Part shown: positions 18,133-28,392 of the stretch, piece by piece | Position numbering within the stretch: the stretch's first letter is position 1 | Layout of the letters: each line of letters begins with the position of its first letter | From: Erysipelotrichaceae bacterium | Lineage (GTDB): Bacteria > Bacillota_I > Bacilli_A > Erysipelotrichales > Erysipelotrichaceae | Assembly (NCBI GenBank): GCA_022767445.1 | Contig: JALENJ010000035.1 | Coordinates: forward strand, 33,932-97,931 | Direction of reading: 5' to 3' | Length of the DNA stretch: 64,000 nucleotides | Translations under genes and position numbers: made by a program | The notes under the pieces: model-generated | Told to the model about the DNA's origin: nothing | Seen by the model: only the letters and a program-made list of their open reading frames with translations | Database searches by the model: none

Positions 18133-19668
18133 TTACTTTTGGAAGTATTGTTTTAGTTTAGAAATGATTTCATCTAAAGCAACACCTGTACGCTCAGACA
18201 TCTTCTCCACTGTAGCCTTTGGCAACATGATTCTGGCAAGAGGAGTATCAAGTGCTCTAAACTTATCACTGATTGTAAAGAGATACTGCTTTAGATTAGG
18301 ATCATCATCCAATAAATCCTTTAGCTTTGTCTCCGGTGTAATGCTTTCAGGATCAATTTTAGAAGAACTTGTAGCCACTGGCTTTTCTTCTGCTGGTGCA
18401 GGTTGTTCTTCTTCTACGATGCCATGTTCATTATTAGACCATGTTAGAAGTGTTTGGGAACCTGTTAATGCACGGATGTGTGTGCAGTCCTGCATCATTT
18501 CTAGGATACCTCTAAACTTACCGTCTTCATCTCTTACCGCAACATACTTGATGTAGATGAAGATTTCTGGTTTGTTGATCCAGAATTCAGCTTCGTTTTG
18601 TTCGCCACTTCTGAATTTCTCAATGATTTCTTCAACGATATGAACACTCTTCTTTGGGTGGCAGTTTTTTACATCGCGTCCGATAACATTCTTAGAACGT
18701 GGGAATACACGATGCTTTGTGTCTGTATAAAAACGTACGATTTCGTTTTCGTCTACGTAAGATAAGTCAACTGGCATATGTTGATATACCAAGTTAATTT
18801 GTTCAAGTGTCATCTTACCTGTCTTCACATCAAACTCTTGGTCGTTACCAATATGATAGCCATACTTACCAAGAAGGTTTGCAAGTTCATTTGTAAATCC
18901 TTCTGTTGGTTTTGAGGCTGCTGGTATTTCTGTCTTTGTTGGTTCTACGGTAATATTCGCAAAACCAATTTCTTGATCACCTGACCTCATATCTTCAAAT
19001 TCTTCTGCAGAAATTAATGCTAAGGCTGTAGGATATAGTACTGTTTCTTCCTTTTGCATTAAATCTCTTACATCTGCTACAACTGTACTTTGTAGTTCGA
19101 TGAATTCATCTTCCTTGCCCTCTTTAATTAAGTTATAGGCTTGTGTGATTTCATCACGGATAAAGTCATCTAATGTCCACATTGTCGTTGTAGGACGTGT
19201 AAAGCCCTTCTTTTCAAGCACTGGATATAATTGATTCTGCTTGCGAGAAAGATGCTTACGCCATTGAATAATCTGATCATATAATTCAAACCATTGGTTC
19301 TTGATAACTGGGTATTGTACAAGGTCTTCTACGGATAGTAAGAGTTCTTTCATCTTTTCGTTTTCACGATAATAACATGCGATAGGATGTGTCTTAGGCA
19401 AATTTGGTTTACTTGTATTTAAGATGCCATCAAACAAGTCTAACATCGCTTGGATATCTTCCTTACGGCATTCATCATCGATTTCTTCTTTTAATTCTTG
19501 TTCAATAAGGGCTACTTCATATGGTTCTAAAGTGTGCACCTTCTCTTTGAGAATGGCACGGGCTTCCTCCATTGTGAGCTTTCCCTCGTCATATGCATTA
19601 CGTACTTCAAAAACTGTTTTTAGTTTTTCATCATTTACATTCTTTAAATATTCTTTCATATCAGACAC
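18133..19668 (-). CDS. DUF438 / PAS / DUF1858-type protein (putative sensor, function unknown)
   Basis: 511 aa. Long intact ORF with a GGAGG-like site upstream. The family assignment is from memory of the architecture and was not verified. Confidence 0.45.
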   Translation of the reverse strand: MSDMKEYLKNVNDEKLKTVFEVRNAYDEGKLTMEEARAILKEKVHTLEPYEVALIEQELKEEIDDECRKEDIQAMLDLFDGILNTSKPNLPKTHPIACYYRENEKMKELLLSVEDLVQYPVIKNQWFELYDQIIQWRKHLSRKQNQLYPVLEKKGFTRPTTTMWTLDDFIRDEITQAYNLIKEGKEDEFIELQSTVVADVRDLMQKEETVLYPTALALISAEEFEDMRSGDQEIGFANITVEPTKTEIPAASKPTEGFTNELANLLGKYGYHIGNDQEFDVKTGKMTLEQINLVYQHMPVDLSYVDENEIVRFYTDTKHRVFPRSKNVIGRDVKNCHPKKSVHIVEEIIEKFRSGEQNEAEFWINKPEIFIYIKYVAVRDEDGKFRGILEMMQDCTHIRALTGSQTLLTWSNNEHGIVEEEQPAPAEEKPVATSSSKIDPESITPETKLKDLLDDDPNLKQYLFTISDKFRALDTPLARIMLPKATVEKMSERTGVALDEIISKLKQYFQK

Positions 19669-19795
19669 CTCCTGTTAGTATCAGCAAACTAACTTTATCA
19701 AGTATCACCGATTTTGTCATTTGAGATTATCATATTTTTCTAGAGTATGAAAAAGACCATAACTTTCGCTATAGTCTTGTATAAAATAGATTGAT

Positions 19796-21076
19796 TTATT
19801 CAGCACCCGTAATTGTCATGCCTTCTAAGCGTGTTACAGATGGTACGACTAGGTTATTGTACTGTACGGTTTCTTTGGACATGTATAGTTCCTTTACGTA
19901 GTCGTTCATACTTCCGGATAAGGATCCCCCAGAAACAACTGTCACCTTATCTCCATCATGTAAGTATCCTAGGCGGATTTCACCAAAGACATTTCCTGTC
20001 ACTGGATCTACTTGGAAATCGGAGAATTCAACGACTTCTAAATACTTACCTGTACGTAGTGTTGCCTCATCCTTTTGTCCGCCTGAGACAACGACGTTAG
20101 AAATCTTGAAGCTATCCTTGAGGTTCATGTAACTAGCAAACATACAGCCACCCCAGTATTGCGTTGGAACATTTGCATCTAAGAGTGTTACTTCACGGAT
20201 TGGTGCTCCTTCATCATCGTAGTTAAAGTTCTGTGATGAGTTCGGTAGTTCTCTTACTGTCTGAAGTGTAACCTTATCACCCTTTACATCTTGGGCGATG
20301 GCTTCGCCAAGCTTCCAATCACTGAGTTTACGATATACACTACCTGCAGCTAGCTTCTGGATAAAGTATTGATAGATGCTTGTAGAATCGCTTGTACTAA
20401 AGATAACAGCCATCTTTGGTAGCTTTGGTGTAGATACTGCACTCAGACGGTCTTTACCATACTGTAATGTCTTAGTGACATCGCGTGTTAAGCCTTCTTT
20501 ATCGCAATCACCGGAGTTGTACATACGATAGAGTTCAATTTCATGACCATCTTTACGGGCATTGACAACTGATTCTACCATGGAACTTGGATATGTCTCA
20601 CAAATATCCACGCCTTCAGAGTTTATATAACGACGTTCTACTTCGTTAACGAAGATTTCATAGCTGTTGATATCTTCTGTTTCTGTTTCGTGAATGGAGC
20701 GCATTGTTGTAATAAAGTCTTCTGCGACCTTTGCAATATCGACTGCCTTTTGATTGTATACAACATCCTGACTTGGCTTTACAAGGGAATATACCTTGTT
20801 TTTTACAAAGCCTGCAGTGTAGATGAGTTGATCCACTTTATGTTTGATGTCCTCGATGGAATCTGTTGGATTGATTTCATCACTTGCGCTACCAAGTGCT
20901 TCACCATTATCTAAAGAACGATGAACCGTAAGTTTGATATGCTCTACATCTTTTGCACGGTTTTGGTCTAAATCATGACGAATAAAGTAGAATTCCCAGC
21001 CACGCGTTTTTATGTCTGTGATTTCCCAAGCATCAGCTTTAGATTCTTTTAGAATTTGAATAATCTTCTCTAACAT
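19796..21076 (-). CDS. pmbA: TldE/PmbA-family metallopeptidase partner subunit
   Basis: 426 aa. Start overlaps the TldD stop by 1 nt (ATG/TAA junction at 21076). Lacks an HExxxH motif, as expected for PmbA. Confidence 0.6.
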   Translation of the reverse strand: MLEKIIQILKESKADAWEITDIKTRGWEFYFIRHDLDQNRAKDVEHIKLTVHRSLDNGEALGSASDEINPTDSIEDIKHKVDQLIYTAGFVKNKVYSLVKPSQDVVYNQKAVDIAKVAEDFITTMRSIHETETEDINSYEIFVNEVERRYINSEGVDICETYPSSMVESVVNARKDGHEIELYRMYNSGDCDKEGLTRDVTKTLQYGKDRLSAVSTPKLPKMAVIFSTSDSTSIYQYFIQKLAAGSVYRKLSDWKLGEAIAQDVKGDKVTLQTVRELPNSSQNFNYDDEGAPIREVTLLDANVPTQYWGGCMFASYMNLKDSFKISNVVVSGGQKDEATLRTGKYLEVVEFSDFQVDPVTGNVFGEIRLGYLHDGDKVTVVSGGSLSGSMNDYVKELYMSKETVQYNNLVVPSVTRLEGMTITGAE

Positions 21077-22509
21077 TAGCCTAATCTTCCTTTCGTCTTT
21101 AAATATGGTCCGCCATCACTGACTTTGACCCATTCCTTGTGGCCCTTACCACAAGCACCACAACCGTATACTCCACGGTCACCAGATAACATTGAAACAT
21201 TACCTAATACTTCTGTTACATATCCTGTCATGATGACTGGTCCAACAACCTTACCCGTTAACTTACCATCCTTGATTTCACGTCCAAGCTTGAGGATACA
21301 TTGAATACCCCAGTGCTTTGGATCTTCCATACCAGAGGACATACCTTCTAGTAAATATCCGTGTTTCACAGACGCAATCATATCTTCTAATTTATCTGTA
21401 CCGGAATCAAAGAGTGTATTCGTCATACGTGTATAAACTTTATGTTCATAGTTTTGACGCTTGCCGTTGCCAGTTGGCTTTACACCTAAACGTAGTGCAC
21501 TTAATGCATCACAGATACCGCTACGTAAGATACCGTTTTCGATTTCAACGACATCTCCGGCAAGTGTTCCTTCATCATCAAACGCAAAGGAAGTTACGTT
21601 ATCTGCACAGAGTGCACCTTCATGCATGGTCACAAGATCACTACCTACTCGCTTGTTGATAAAGTCTTTACCAAGTGCACGGTTTTTAACGAACATATCC
21701 ATCTCTACACCATGACCAAACGCTTCATGCGCGATAAGTCCTGATACTTCCGGTGTTGTGATGATGTCATATTCACCTGGTTCAATTGGATCTGCAGTTA
21801 ATACTTCTTTTGCGAATTTCACTGCATAATCAATCTTATCCTTTAACTGTGTAAACACTTCAGGTCCACCTAAAGCGGATAATCCCTGGTAGCCAATTTC
21901 ATTTTTACCATCCATCACGATGATTGGTGCGACTACCCCTTCGCAATACACATAGCTCTGTCTTAAATCACGATTTGCAGTTAAGAATAACTTTGAAACG
22001 TGAGTGGATTGTGCAATCACCATACAATCAACAACATGTTCATCCTTGCTGATTGCCTCAAGTGAATAAGAATTTAAGTCATTTACTAGCTTTTCAATAT
22101 CTGTATTTTCTGGTAACTGTTCACATTCCTTTTCTACAAAAAGTGTGAGTGGTTCATCCTCTAACTTCTTTGTGTTGTATACCACCGTCTTTGTTAGTTT
22201 TAATACTGCTAGCTGTGCATCAAGTTCCTTCTTAATCTTTTGATACGTTTCTTCAATGGAATTTGCATCGAAGTGATTAAATGCATATTCACTGTATAAA
22301 CCATCTTTATAGACACGCACAACACTACCGCGTTCTGTCGTTAGATTGGAAGAACTGATAACTTTCACCTGTTGAGAGATGCGAATTGCAAAGCCCTTAG
22401 AATCTGTCGAAAGAACACTAACATAATCATAATCTTTGCCTAGTTTAGACACTAATTGCTTTAAACTTGGCGCAAGTGTATTTAAATATTCTGAAAATGG
22501 TGCTTTCAT
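21076..22509 (-). CDS. tldD: TldD-family metallopeptidase
   Basis: 477 aa. Contains LIAHEAFGHGVEMD (TldD HExxxH zinc site) and a C-terminal Gly-rich beta region. Confidence 0.75.
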   Translation of the reverse strand: MKAPFSEYLNTLAPSLKQLVSKLGKDYDYVSVLSTDSKGFAIRISQQVKVISSSNLTTERGSVVRVYKDGLYSEYAFNHFDANSIEETYQKIKKELDAQLAVLKLTKTVVYNTKKLEDEPLTLFVEKECEQLPENTDIEKLVNDLNSYSLEAISKDEHVVDCMVIAQSTHVSKLFLTANRDLRQSYVYCEGVVAPIIVMDGKNEIGYQGLSALGGPEVFTQLKDKIDYAVKFAKEVLTADPIEPGEYDIITTPEVSGLIAHEAFGHGVEMDMFVKNRALGKDFINKRVGSDLVTMHEGALCADNVTSFAFDDEGTLAGDVVEIENGILRSGICDALSALRLGVKPTGNGKRQNYEHKVYTRMTNTLFDSGTDKLEDMIASVKHGYLLEGMSSGMEDPKHWGIQCILKLGREIKDGKLTGKVVGPVIMTGYVTEVLGNVSMLSGDRGVYGCGACGKGHKEWVKVSDGGPYLKTKGRLG

Positions 22510-22698
22510 ATTTTTTTCATCCTTTCATTTTGCTATATTGTACATCAATTTATCTTGCTTGGATATATTATTTTTGTAACATCTAATCGCATTTTCATTG
22601 TTTTTTCAGATAGAAATCATTAAAATAGTTAGGAAATGACAATTATGGGCGTGTGATACACGGCTTTTTGCATTTTTAGATACAGAGGAGGATCTAAC

Positions 22699-25620
22699 AT
22701 GCGTATTGGTATGGATATTGGATCAACTACTATCAAGTGCGTCGTCCTTGATGATAATGATCAAATTATATATTCCGCATACGAAAGACATTACAGTCAC
22801 ATCCTTGAAAAAACACGTGAACTGTTAACATCTTTGAATGATACATATTTAAAAGGAAAGAAAGTATTCTTTGCGATATCAGGTTCTGCAGGTATGGGTC
22901 TTGCGGATAGCTGTGGGGTTAGCTTTGTCCAGGAAGTTTTCGCTGACCGCGTAGCCGCAAATAAGCTCAATCCAGGAACAGATTGTATTATTGAGCTTGG
23001 TGGTGAAGATGCCAAGATTCTATTCTTAACAAATGGTACAGAAGTTCGAATGAACGGTTCTTGTGCTGGTGGTACAGGTGCCTTCATTGATCAGATGGCA
23101 ACTCTATTAAAGATGAGTGCTGATGAAATGGATAAAGCAGCCCAACAGGCGACTCGTAAGTATACGATTGCTAGCCGTTGTGGTGTATTTGCCAAGAGTG
23201 ATGTACAGCCTTTGATTAACCAAGGTGCCCTACCTGGTGATATTGCCGCTTCCATCTATCAAGCAGTTGTCAATCAGACAATTGCTGGTCTTGCCCAAGG
23301 TCGTCCTATCACTGGTAATATCCTATATTTAGGTGGACCTTTAACCTTCTCTAAATGTTTACGTGATAACTTCAATGAAACATTAAAGGTAGAAGGTGTA
23401 TGTCCAGAAAATAGTTTGTTATATGTCGCCCTAGGCGCAGCGTATTACGCTGATAAAGAAGTTGTGTTTGATGACGTTGTTAAGGGTTTAAGTAACTATG
23501 GACAACACGCAACATATGCTTCATTACCACCACTATTTAAGAATGTTGAAGAATACAATGCGTTTAAACAACGTCATGCCAAGGCAAGTGTGCCTCGTGT
23601 AGACTTCAATGAGAATACTGGTCCTGTACATATTGGTATCGACTCTGGTTCTACGACTATCAAAGTCGCTGTCATTGATAATAATGCCAACCTATTATTT
23701 ACAGACTATCAATCGAATAGTGGTAACCCACTTCCTATCGTTATTGATGTCTTAAAGAAACTATATCAAGAACATCCAAACTTAAAGATTCAATCTGTAA
23801 CTACAACTGGTTATGGTGAAGCTTTGATGTCACATGCATTACATACAGACTTTAGTCTGGTTGAAACAGTTGCTCACTTTACAGCTGCCAAACACTTTAT
23901 GCCTGATGTTGACTTCATCATCGATATTGGCGGACAGGATATGAAGTGCTTTAAGATTGAGAATGGCGCAATCTCTGACATCTTCTTAAATGAAGCTTGT
24001 TCATCAGGTTGTGGATCTTTCTTACAGACATTCGCAGCTGCCCTTGGATACAGTGTTAAAAACTTTGCGCAAGAAGCTCTATTTGCCAAACAACCAGTAG
24101 ACTTAGGTAGCCGTTGTACCGTATTTATGAACTCCAGTGTTAAACAGGCACAAAAAGATGGTGCAAGCATTGACTGTATTTCTGCAGGTCTTTCCATCTC
24201 TGTTGTTAAGAATGCATTATATAAAGTCATTCGTGCATCTTCTCCTGATCAATTAGGTAAGAAGATTGTCGTACAGGGTGGCACCTTCTATAACGAAGCA
24301 GTACTTCGTGCATTTGAAAAAGAGATGGGTGTTGATGTTGTACGTCCTAATATTGCTGGTTTGATGGGCGCCTATGGTGCTGCCCTTCATGGCTTAGCAC
24401 ATTCTAAACCAGGACAGGTATCTACTGTCTTATCACTTGATGAACTCAATCACTTTACACAGAAAGTTCAAAACGTACAGTGTGGATTATGTGGTAACCA
24501 CTGTCAAATGACTGTCAATATCTTCCAGGATGGCAAGCGTTTCATCTCTGGTAATCGCTGTGATCGTCCTATCACTGGTAAATCCAATGAGGATAACTTC
24601 AACCTATATGCATATAAGCTACATCAATTAGAAGCACTTGCGAAAAATCCTGGTAATGGTACACGTGGTAAGATCGGTATCCCGATGGCTCTTAACATGT
24701 ACGAGTTATTGCCATTCTGGCATGCGTTCTTTACGCACCTAGGATTTGAAGTTGTTGTATCACCATTTAGTAACCGTAAACTATATCAAGAAGGACAAGG
24801 ATCTATTCCAAGTGATACAGTATGTTTCCCTGCCAAGTTAACACATGGTCACATCATAGCACTTCTAAAGAAGAACGTAGATGCGATCTTCTATCCATGT
24901 ATGAGTTATAACGTAGATGAAGGCTTGGGAGATAATCACTATAACTGTCCTGTTGTCGCATATTATCCTGAAGTAATCGCAGGTAATGTTCGTGAACTTG
25001 AAAATACCAAGTTCATCTATGAATATCTCAACCTCGAACAACGCAAAGACTTTGTCCGCTTAATGCCTAAGATCATGCGTAAGTACTATCCTGATTTAAA
25101 GACTTCTGATATTACAGATGCGATTGAAGCTTCCTACTCTGCTTATCGTAAGCATATGGAAGATACACGTAACGAAGCACAACGTATGATTACAGAAGCT
25201 CGTAATGAAGGCAAGCGTATTATCGTACTAGCAGGTAGACCATACCACGTAGATCCAGAAGTTAACCATGGTATCGATAAGCTCATCATCCAACAAGGAG
25301 CTTGTGTAATCACTGAAGATAGTATCTCAAACCTAGTTGCAAAGTTTAATACATCTGTATTGAACCAATGGTCTTATCACAGCCGTCTATATGCGGCTGC
25401 CAAATACTGTGTGAATCAAGCAGATATGGATTTAGTCCAACTTGTATCATTCGGTTGTGGTCTCGATGCGGTCACATCAGATGAAACAAAGGAAATCCTA
25501 CAAGAAGCTAACAAACTTTATACACAGTTAAAGATTGATGAAATCACCAACCTAGGTGCTGTAAACATCCGTATCCGTTCGCTATTTGCAGCATTAGATG
25601 AAAGAAAGGAGCTAGCTTAA
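22699..25620 (+). CDS. double BcrAD/BadFG-type activase ATPase fused to a Cys-rich linker and a DUF2229-like domain
   Basis: 973 aa. Two actin-fold ATPase modules (MDIGSTTIKCVVLD; GIDSGSTTIKVAVID). Each has cluster-ligand-like motifs (SCAGGTGAF + SRCGVF; ACSSGCGSF + SRCTVF). This is followed by CGLCGNHC...GNRC. Confidence 0.75.
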   Translation: MRIGMDIGSTTIKCVVLDDNDQIIYSAYERHYSHILEKTRELLTSLNDTYLKGKKVFFAISGSAGMGLADSCGVSFVQEVFADRVAANKLNPGTDCIIELGGEDAKILFLTNGTEVRMNGSCAGGTGAFIDQMATLLKMSADEMDKAAQQATRKYTIASRCGVFAKSDVQPLINQGALPGDIAASIYQAVVNQTIAGLAQGRPITGNILYLGGPLTFSKCLRDNFNETLKVEGVCPENSLLYVALGAAYYADKEVVFDDVVKGLSNYGQHATYASLPPLFKNVEEYNAFKQRHAKASVPRVDFNENTGPVHIGIDSGSTTIKVAVIDNNANLLFTDYQSNSGNPLPIVIDVLKKLYQEHPNLKIQSVTTTGYGEALMSHALHTDFSLVETVAHFTAAKHFMPDVDFIIDIGGQDMKCFKIENGAISDIFLNEACSSGCGSFLQTFAAALGYSVKNFAQEALFAKQPVDLGSRCTVFMNSSVKQAQKDGASIDCISAGLSISVVKNALYKVIRASSPDQLGKKIVVQGGTFYNEAVLRAFEKEMGVDVVRPNIAGLMGAYGAALHGLAHSKPGQVSTVLSLDELNHFTQKVQNVQCGLCGNHCQMTVNIFQDGKRFISGNRCDRPITGKSNEDNFNLYAYKLHQLEALAKNPGNGTRGKIGIPMALNMYELLPFWHAFFTHLGFEVVVSPFSNRKLYQEGQGSIPSDTVCFPAKLTHGHIIALLKKNVDAIFYPCMSYNVDEGLGDNHYNCPVVAYYPEVIAGNVRELENTKFIYEYLNLEQRKDFVRLMPKIMRKYYPDLKTSDITDAIEASYSAYRKHMEDTRNEAQRMITEARNEGKRIIVLAGRPYHVDPEVNHGIDKLIIQQGACVITEDSISNLVAKFNTSVLNQWSYHSRLYAAAKYCVNQADMDLVQLVSFGCGLDAVTSDETKEILQEANKLYTQLKIDEITNLGAVNIRIRSLFAALDERKELA

Positions 25621-26876
25621 TGGAGTATATGACACCCAACTTCTCACAAGAGATGTTAAAAACACATACAATACTAGCCCCTAATATGGCACCGACTCAA
25701 TTTGCGGTCATCAAGGCCGCAATGGAGTCCGAGGGTTACCGCATTATCATGTTAGAAAACTCTGGCTCAGAGGTTGCCCAATTAGGACTAAAGTACGTAC
25801 ATAACGATACTTGTTATCCTGCACTATTGATCATTGGACAATTCTTAGATGCTTTAAACAGTGGTGAGTATGACCTTGAGCACACTGCCCTATTGATTAC
25901 ACAATCCGGTGGTGGATGTCGTGCTTCCAACTACATCAAGCTATTGCGTAAGGCACTTGTCAAAGCTGGATATGGATATATCCCTGTGGCTTCTCTAAAC
26001 GCATCCGGACTTGAAAAAGGATCCTCAATGCCTATGAGTATGCGCCTACTTTTAAAAGTATTAGCAGCTGCGGAGTATGGCGATTTAATCTATGCCCTAC
26101 ACAACCAAGTCAAGCCATACGAAATCAACAAAGGTGATGCGGACGCATATGTAACCAAATGGACAAACCAAGTCAACAAATGGTTAAAAGAAAACAAGAA
26201 CTACTCTATCTTTGCGATGAAACGTCGCTTCAAAGATATCGCAAATGACTTTGCGAAAATACCAGTCAACCGTACACCAAAGGTAAAAGTTGGTGTTGTC
26301 GGTGAAATTTATGTTAAGTTTTCACCGATGGGAAACAATGACTTAGTATCCTTCCTAGAATCACAAGATTGCGAAGTCAATATGCCAGGCCTAATGGGAT
26401 ATATAGAATACAGCGTAGCCAACGCTACATTAGATGTACAGATCTATGGTGGCTCCCTACTCAAAGAAAAAGGAGCAGACTTACTCCTTTCTATTCTGGA
26501 TAGTATTGGTATCGCAATGTCTAAAGCGATGGAGAATGCAGGTTTCCATGGTCCTATGTCATTTAAAGAATTGATGACAAAACCAGATGGTATCCTTTCT
26601 CTTGGCGTAAAGATGGGAGAAGGATGGCTATTAACTGCTGAGATGGTAGAGTTAATTGAAACAGGCTATGAGAATATCGTCTGTGCCCAACCTTTCGGTT
26701 GTCTTCCTAACCACATCGCTGGTAAGGGTGTTATCAACCGTATTCGTGCAAAATATCCAAACGTAAACATCACACCTGTCGACTACGATCCAAGTGCGAC
26801 ACGTGTTAACCAAGAAAATCGTATTAAGTTGATGTTAGCAGTCGCTAAAGAACGACTCAATAACTCACAAGTCTAG
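25620..26876 (+). CDS. 2-hydroxyacyl-CoA dehydratase (HgdB/D-component)-like protein
   Basis: 418 aa. ATG shares one base with the upstream TAA (TAATG). Cys-containing motifs NDTCYP, GGGCRASNY and QPFGCLPNH are typical of the activase-associated dehydratase-like family. Confidence 0.6.
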   Translation: MEYMTPNFSQEMLKTHTILAPNMAPTQFAVIKAAMESEGYRIIMLENSGSEVAQLGLKYVHNDTCYPALLIIGQFLDALNSGEYDLEHTALLITQSGGGCRASNYIKLLRKALVKAGYGYIPVASLNASGLEKGSSMPMSMRLLLKVLAAAEYGDLIYALHNQVKPYEINKGDADAYVTKWTNQVNKWLKENKNYSIFAMKRRFKDIANDFAKIPVNRTPKVKVGVVGEIYVKFSPMGNNDLVSFLESQDCEVNMPGLMGYIEYSVANATLDVQIYGGSLLKEKGADLLLSILDSIGIAMSKAMENAGFHGPMSFKELMTKPDGILSLGVKMGEGWLLTAEMVELIETGYENIVCAQPFGCLPNHIAGKGVINRIRAKYPNVNITPVDYDPSATRVNQENRIKLMLAVAKERLNNSQV

Positions 26877-26926
26877 GGGCTGTAACACATAACAGCCTAG
26901 ATAATAAAATGTCCAACCTCTAAATT

Positions 26927-26979
26927 AAGTGATATGTACCCTCTTTACTGGACAACAGTAAGGAGGGTACATATCACTT
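26927..26979. repeat. long imperfect hairpin (17-bp perfect outer stem plus 5-bp inner stem) in a convergent intergenic region
   Basis: aagtgatatgtaccctc (26927-26943) pairs with gagggtacatatcactt (26963-26979). Inner stem is tactg (26946-26950) / cagta (26956-26960). No T-run on either side. Confidence 0.7.
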
Positions 26980-27013
26980 ATATGATGTTATATACCAAAA
27001 TATGAAAACATCA

Positions 27014-27036
27014 CAAGAAAAGAGGCTGTATGCCTC
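27014..27036 (-). terminator. rho-independent terminator after the antiporter gene
   Basis: gaggc (27022-27026) / gcctc (27032-27036) preceded on the plus strand by an A-rich run, which gives TTTTCTT on the minus strand. Confidence 0.5.
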
Positions 27037-27092
27037 AAGTAAATCTCTATAAAATTCACTTAATCGTTACATCCCCTCTACTATCACTTCTA

Positions 27093-28274
27093 TTATGCCT
27101 TAACAGGTTGTGGTTCATCCTTCTTAGCAAACAACACCTTGAGTGCAATTGGTGTTACGAAGGATGAAACAAGAATCAACAGGATAACTGGTGTAAAGAA
27201 TTCCGAGGTCAAAAGACCTGCAGCCAATCCCTTTTGTGCTGTAATCAATGCAACTTCAGAACGTGCCATCATACCAGCACCAATCTGTAATGATTCCTGT
27301 TTTGAGAAACCAGCAAGTCTTGCAAGACCTCCACAACCGATAACCTTACTAACAAGGGCAACAATCACAAACATGATGGAGAATAACAGTAGCGTTAGAT
27401 TCATCGATGTAAAGCTTGTCTTCAAACCAATCGATGTAAAAAATACTGGTGCAAATACCATGTACGCACTGATTTCAATACGACGAGACATATATACAGA
27501 TTCTGGTAGATTACATAAAACTGCACCAGCAACATAAGCACCTGTAATATCCGCAATGCCAAAGTAAGTCTCAGCGATATATGCCATAAACAAGCAATAT
27601 ACAAACGAAGCAATCGATACACGACGAGTATGTGGATATAGATCCGTCATCCACTTAAAGATACGATTGATAATCACACCTAAGCCAATCGCAATCGCAA
27701 AGAACAAGACTGCCTTTAAGATAACCATACCAACACTAACAGATGTATCCTTCATTGAAATAACAAGTGTCAATACAACAATACCAATGACATCATCGAT
27801 AATCGCAGCAGAAGTAATTGCCGTACCAACTTTACCATTCAATACGCCAAGTTCCTTTAATACCGCAACCGTAATTGATACCGAAGTTGCGGCCATAATC
27901 GTGCCGACAAACAACCCTTTTATCATCTGCTCAGAGCCAAATGTACCAAATCCATAGAATGCCATAAATAGTAGTGATCCTAGTACAACTGGCACAAATA
28001 CACCTGCACAAGCAATCAATGTAGAAACAAATCCTGTAGACTTCAACTGCTTCATATCAGTGCCAAGTCCTGCCTCAAACATCAACATGATGACACCAAT
28101 CTCCGCAACTTTATCAATAAAATCCGAGTCCTTTACAATGCCAAATAACGCCGGTCCAAGAATCAAACCTGCTAGAATTTGACCTACAACTTCTGGCAAA
28201 TTAAAATGCTTTGCGACAATGGAGAAAATCTTAGCCACAAGTAGTATAATCGCCAAATTAAATATGTAATCCAT
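27093..28274 (-). CDS. monovalent cation:proton antiporter (CPA2, NapA/KefB-like)
   Basis: Start refined to MDYIFNLAIILL. About 12 TM segments. Motifs LPEVVGQILAGLILGP and FEAGLG are typical of the Na_H_exchanger family. Confidence 0.8.
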   Translation of the reverse strand: MDYIFNLAIILLVAKIFSIVAKHFNLPEVVGQILAGLILGPALFGIVKDSDFIDKVAEIGVIMLMFEAGLGTDMKQLKSTGFVSTLIACAGVFVPVVLGSLLFMAFYGFGTFGSEQMIKGLFVGTIMAATSVSITVAVLKELGVLNGKVGTAITSAAIIDDVIGIVVLTLVISMKDTSVSVGMVILKAVLFFAIAIGLGVIINRIFKWMTDLYPHTRRVSIASFVYCLFMAYIAETYFGIADITGAYVAGAVLCNLPESVYMSRRIEISAYMVFAPVFFTSIGLKTSFTSMNLTLLLFSIMFVIVALVSKVIGCGGLARLAGFSKQESLQIGAGMMARSEVALITAQKGLAAGLLTSEFFTPVILLILVSSFVTPIALKVLFAKKDEPQPVKA

Positions 28275-28392
28275 CAATATCCCTTCTTTCAAAAACATGT
28301 ATTATTATACGTCTATCAGTTTTTGAATTCAAATGCATTTTCACATAGTTTCACACAATTGAAAAAACTGTAATGCATGTCATCACTACAGT

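Noticed and set aside
26980-27003. Seven-codon ORF (MMLYTKI) downstream of the SD-like AAGGAGGG in the long hairpin
   Set aside because: It is too short to support and has no conservation evidence available. The SD-like sequence is fully base-paired in the hairpin.
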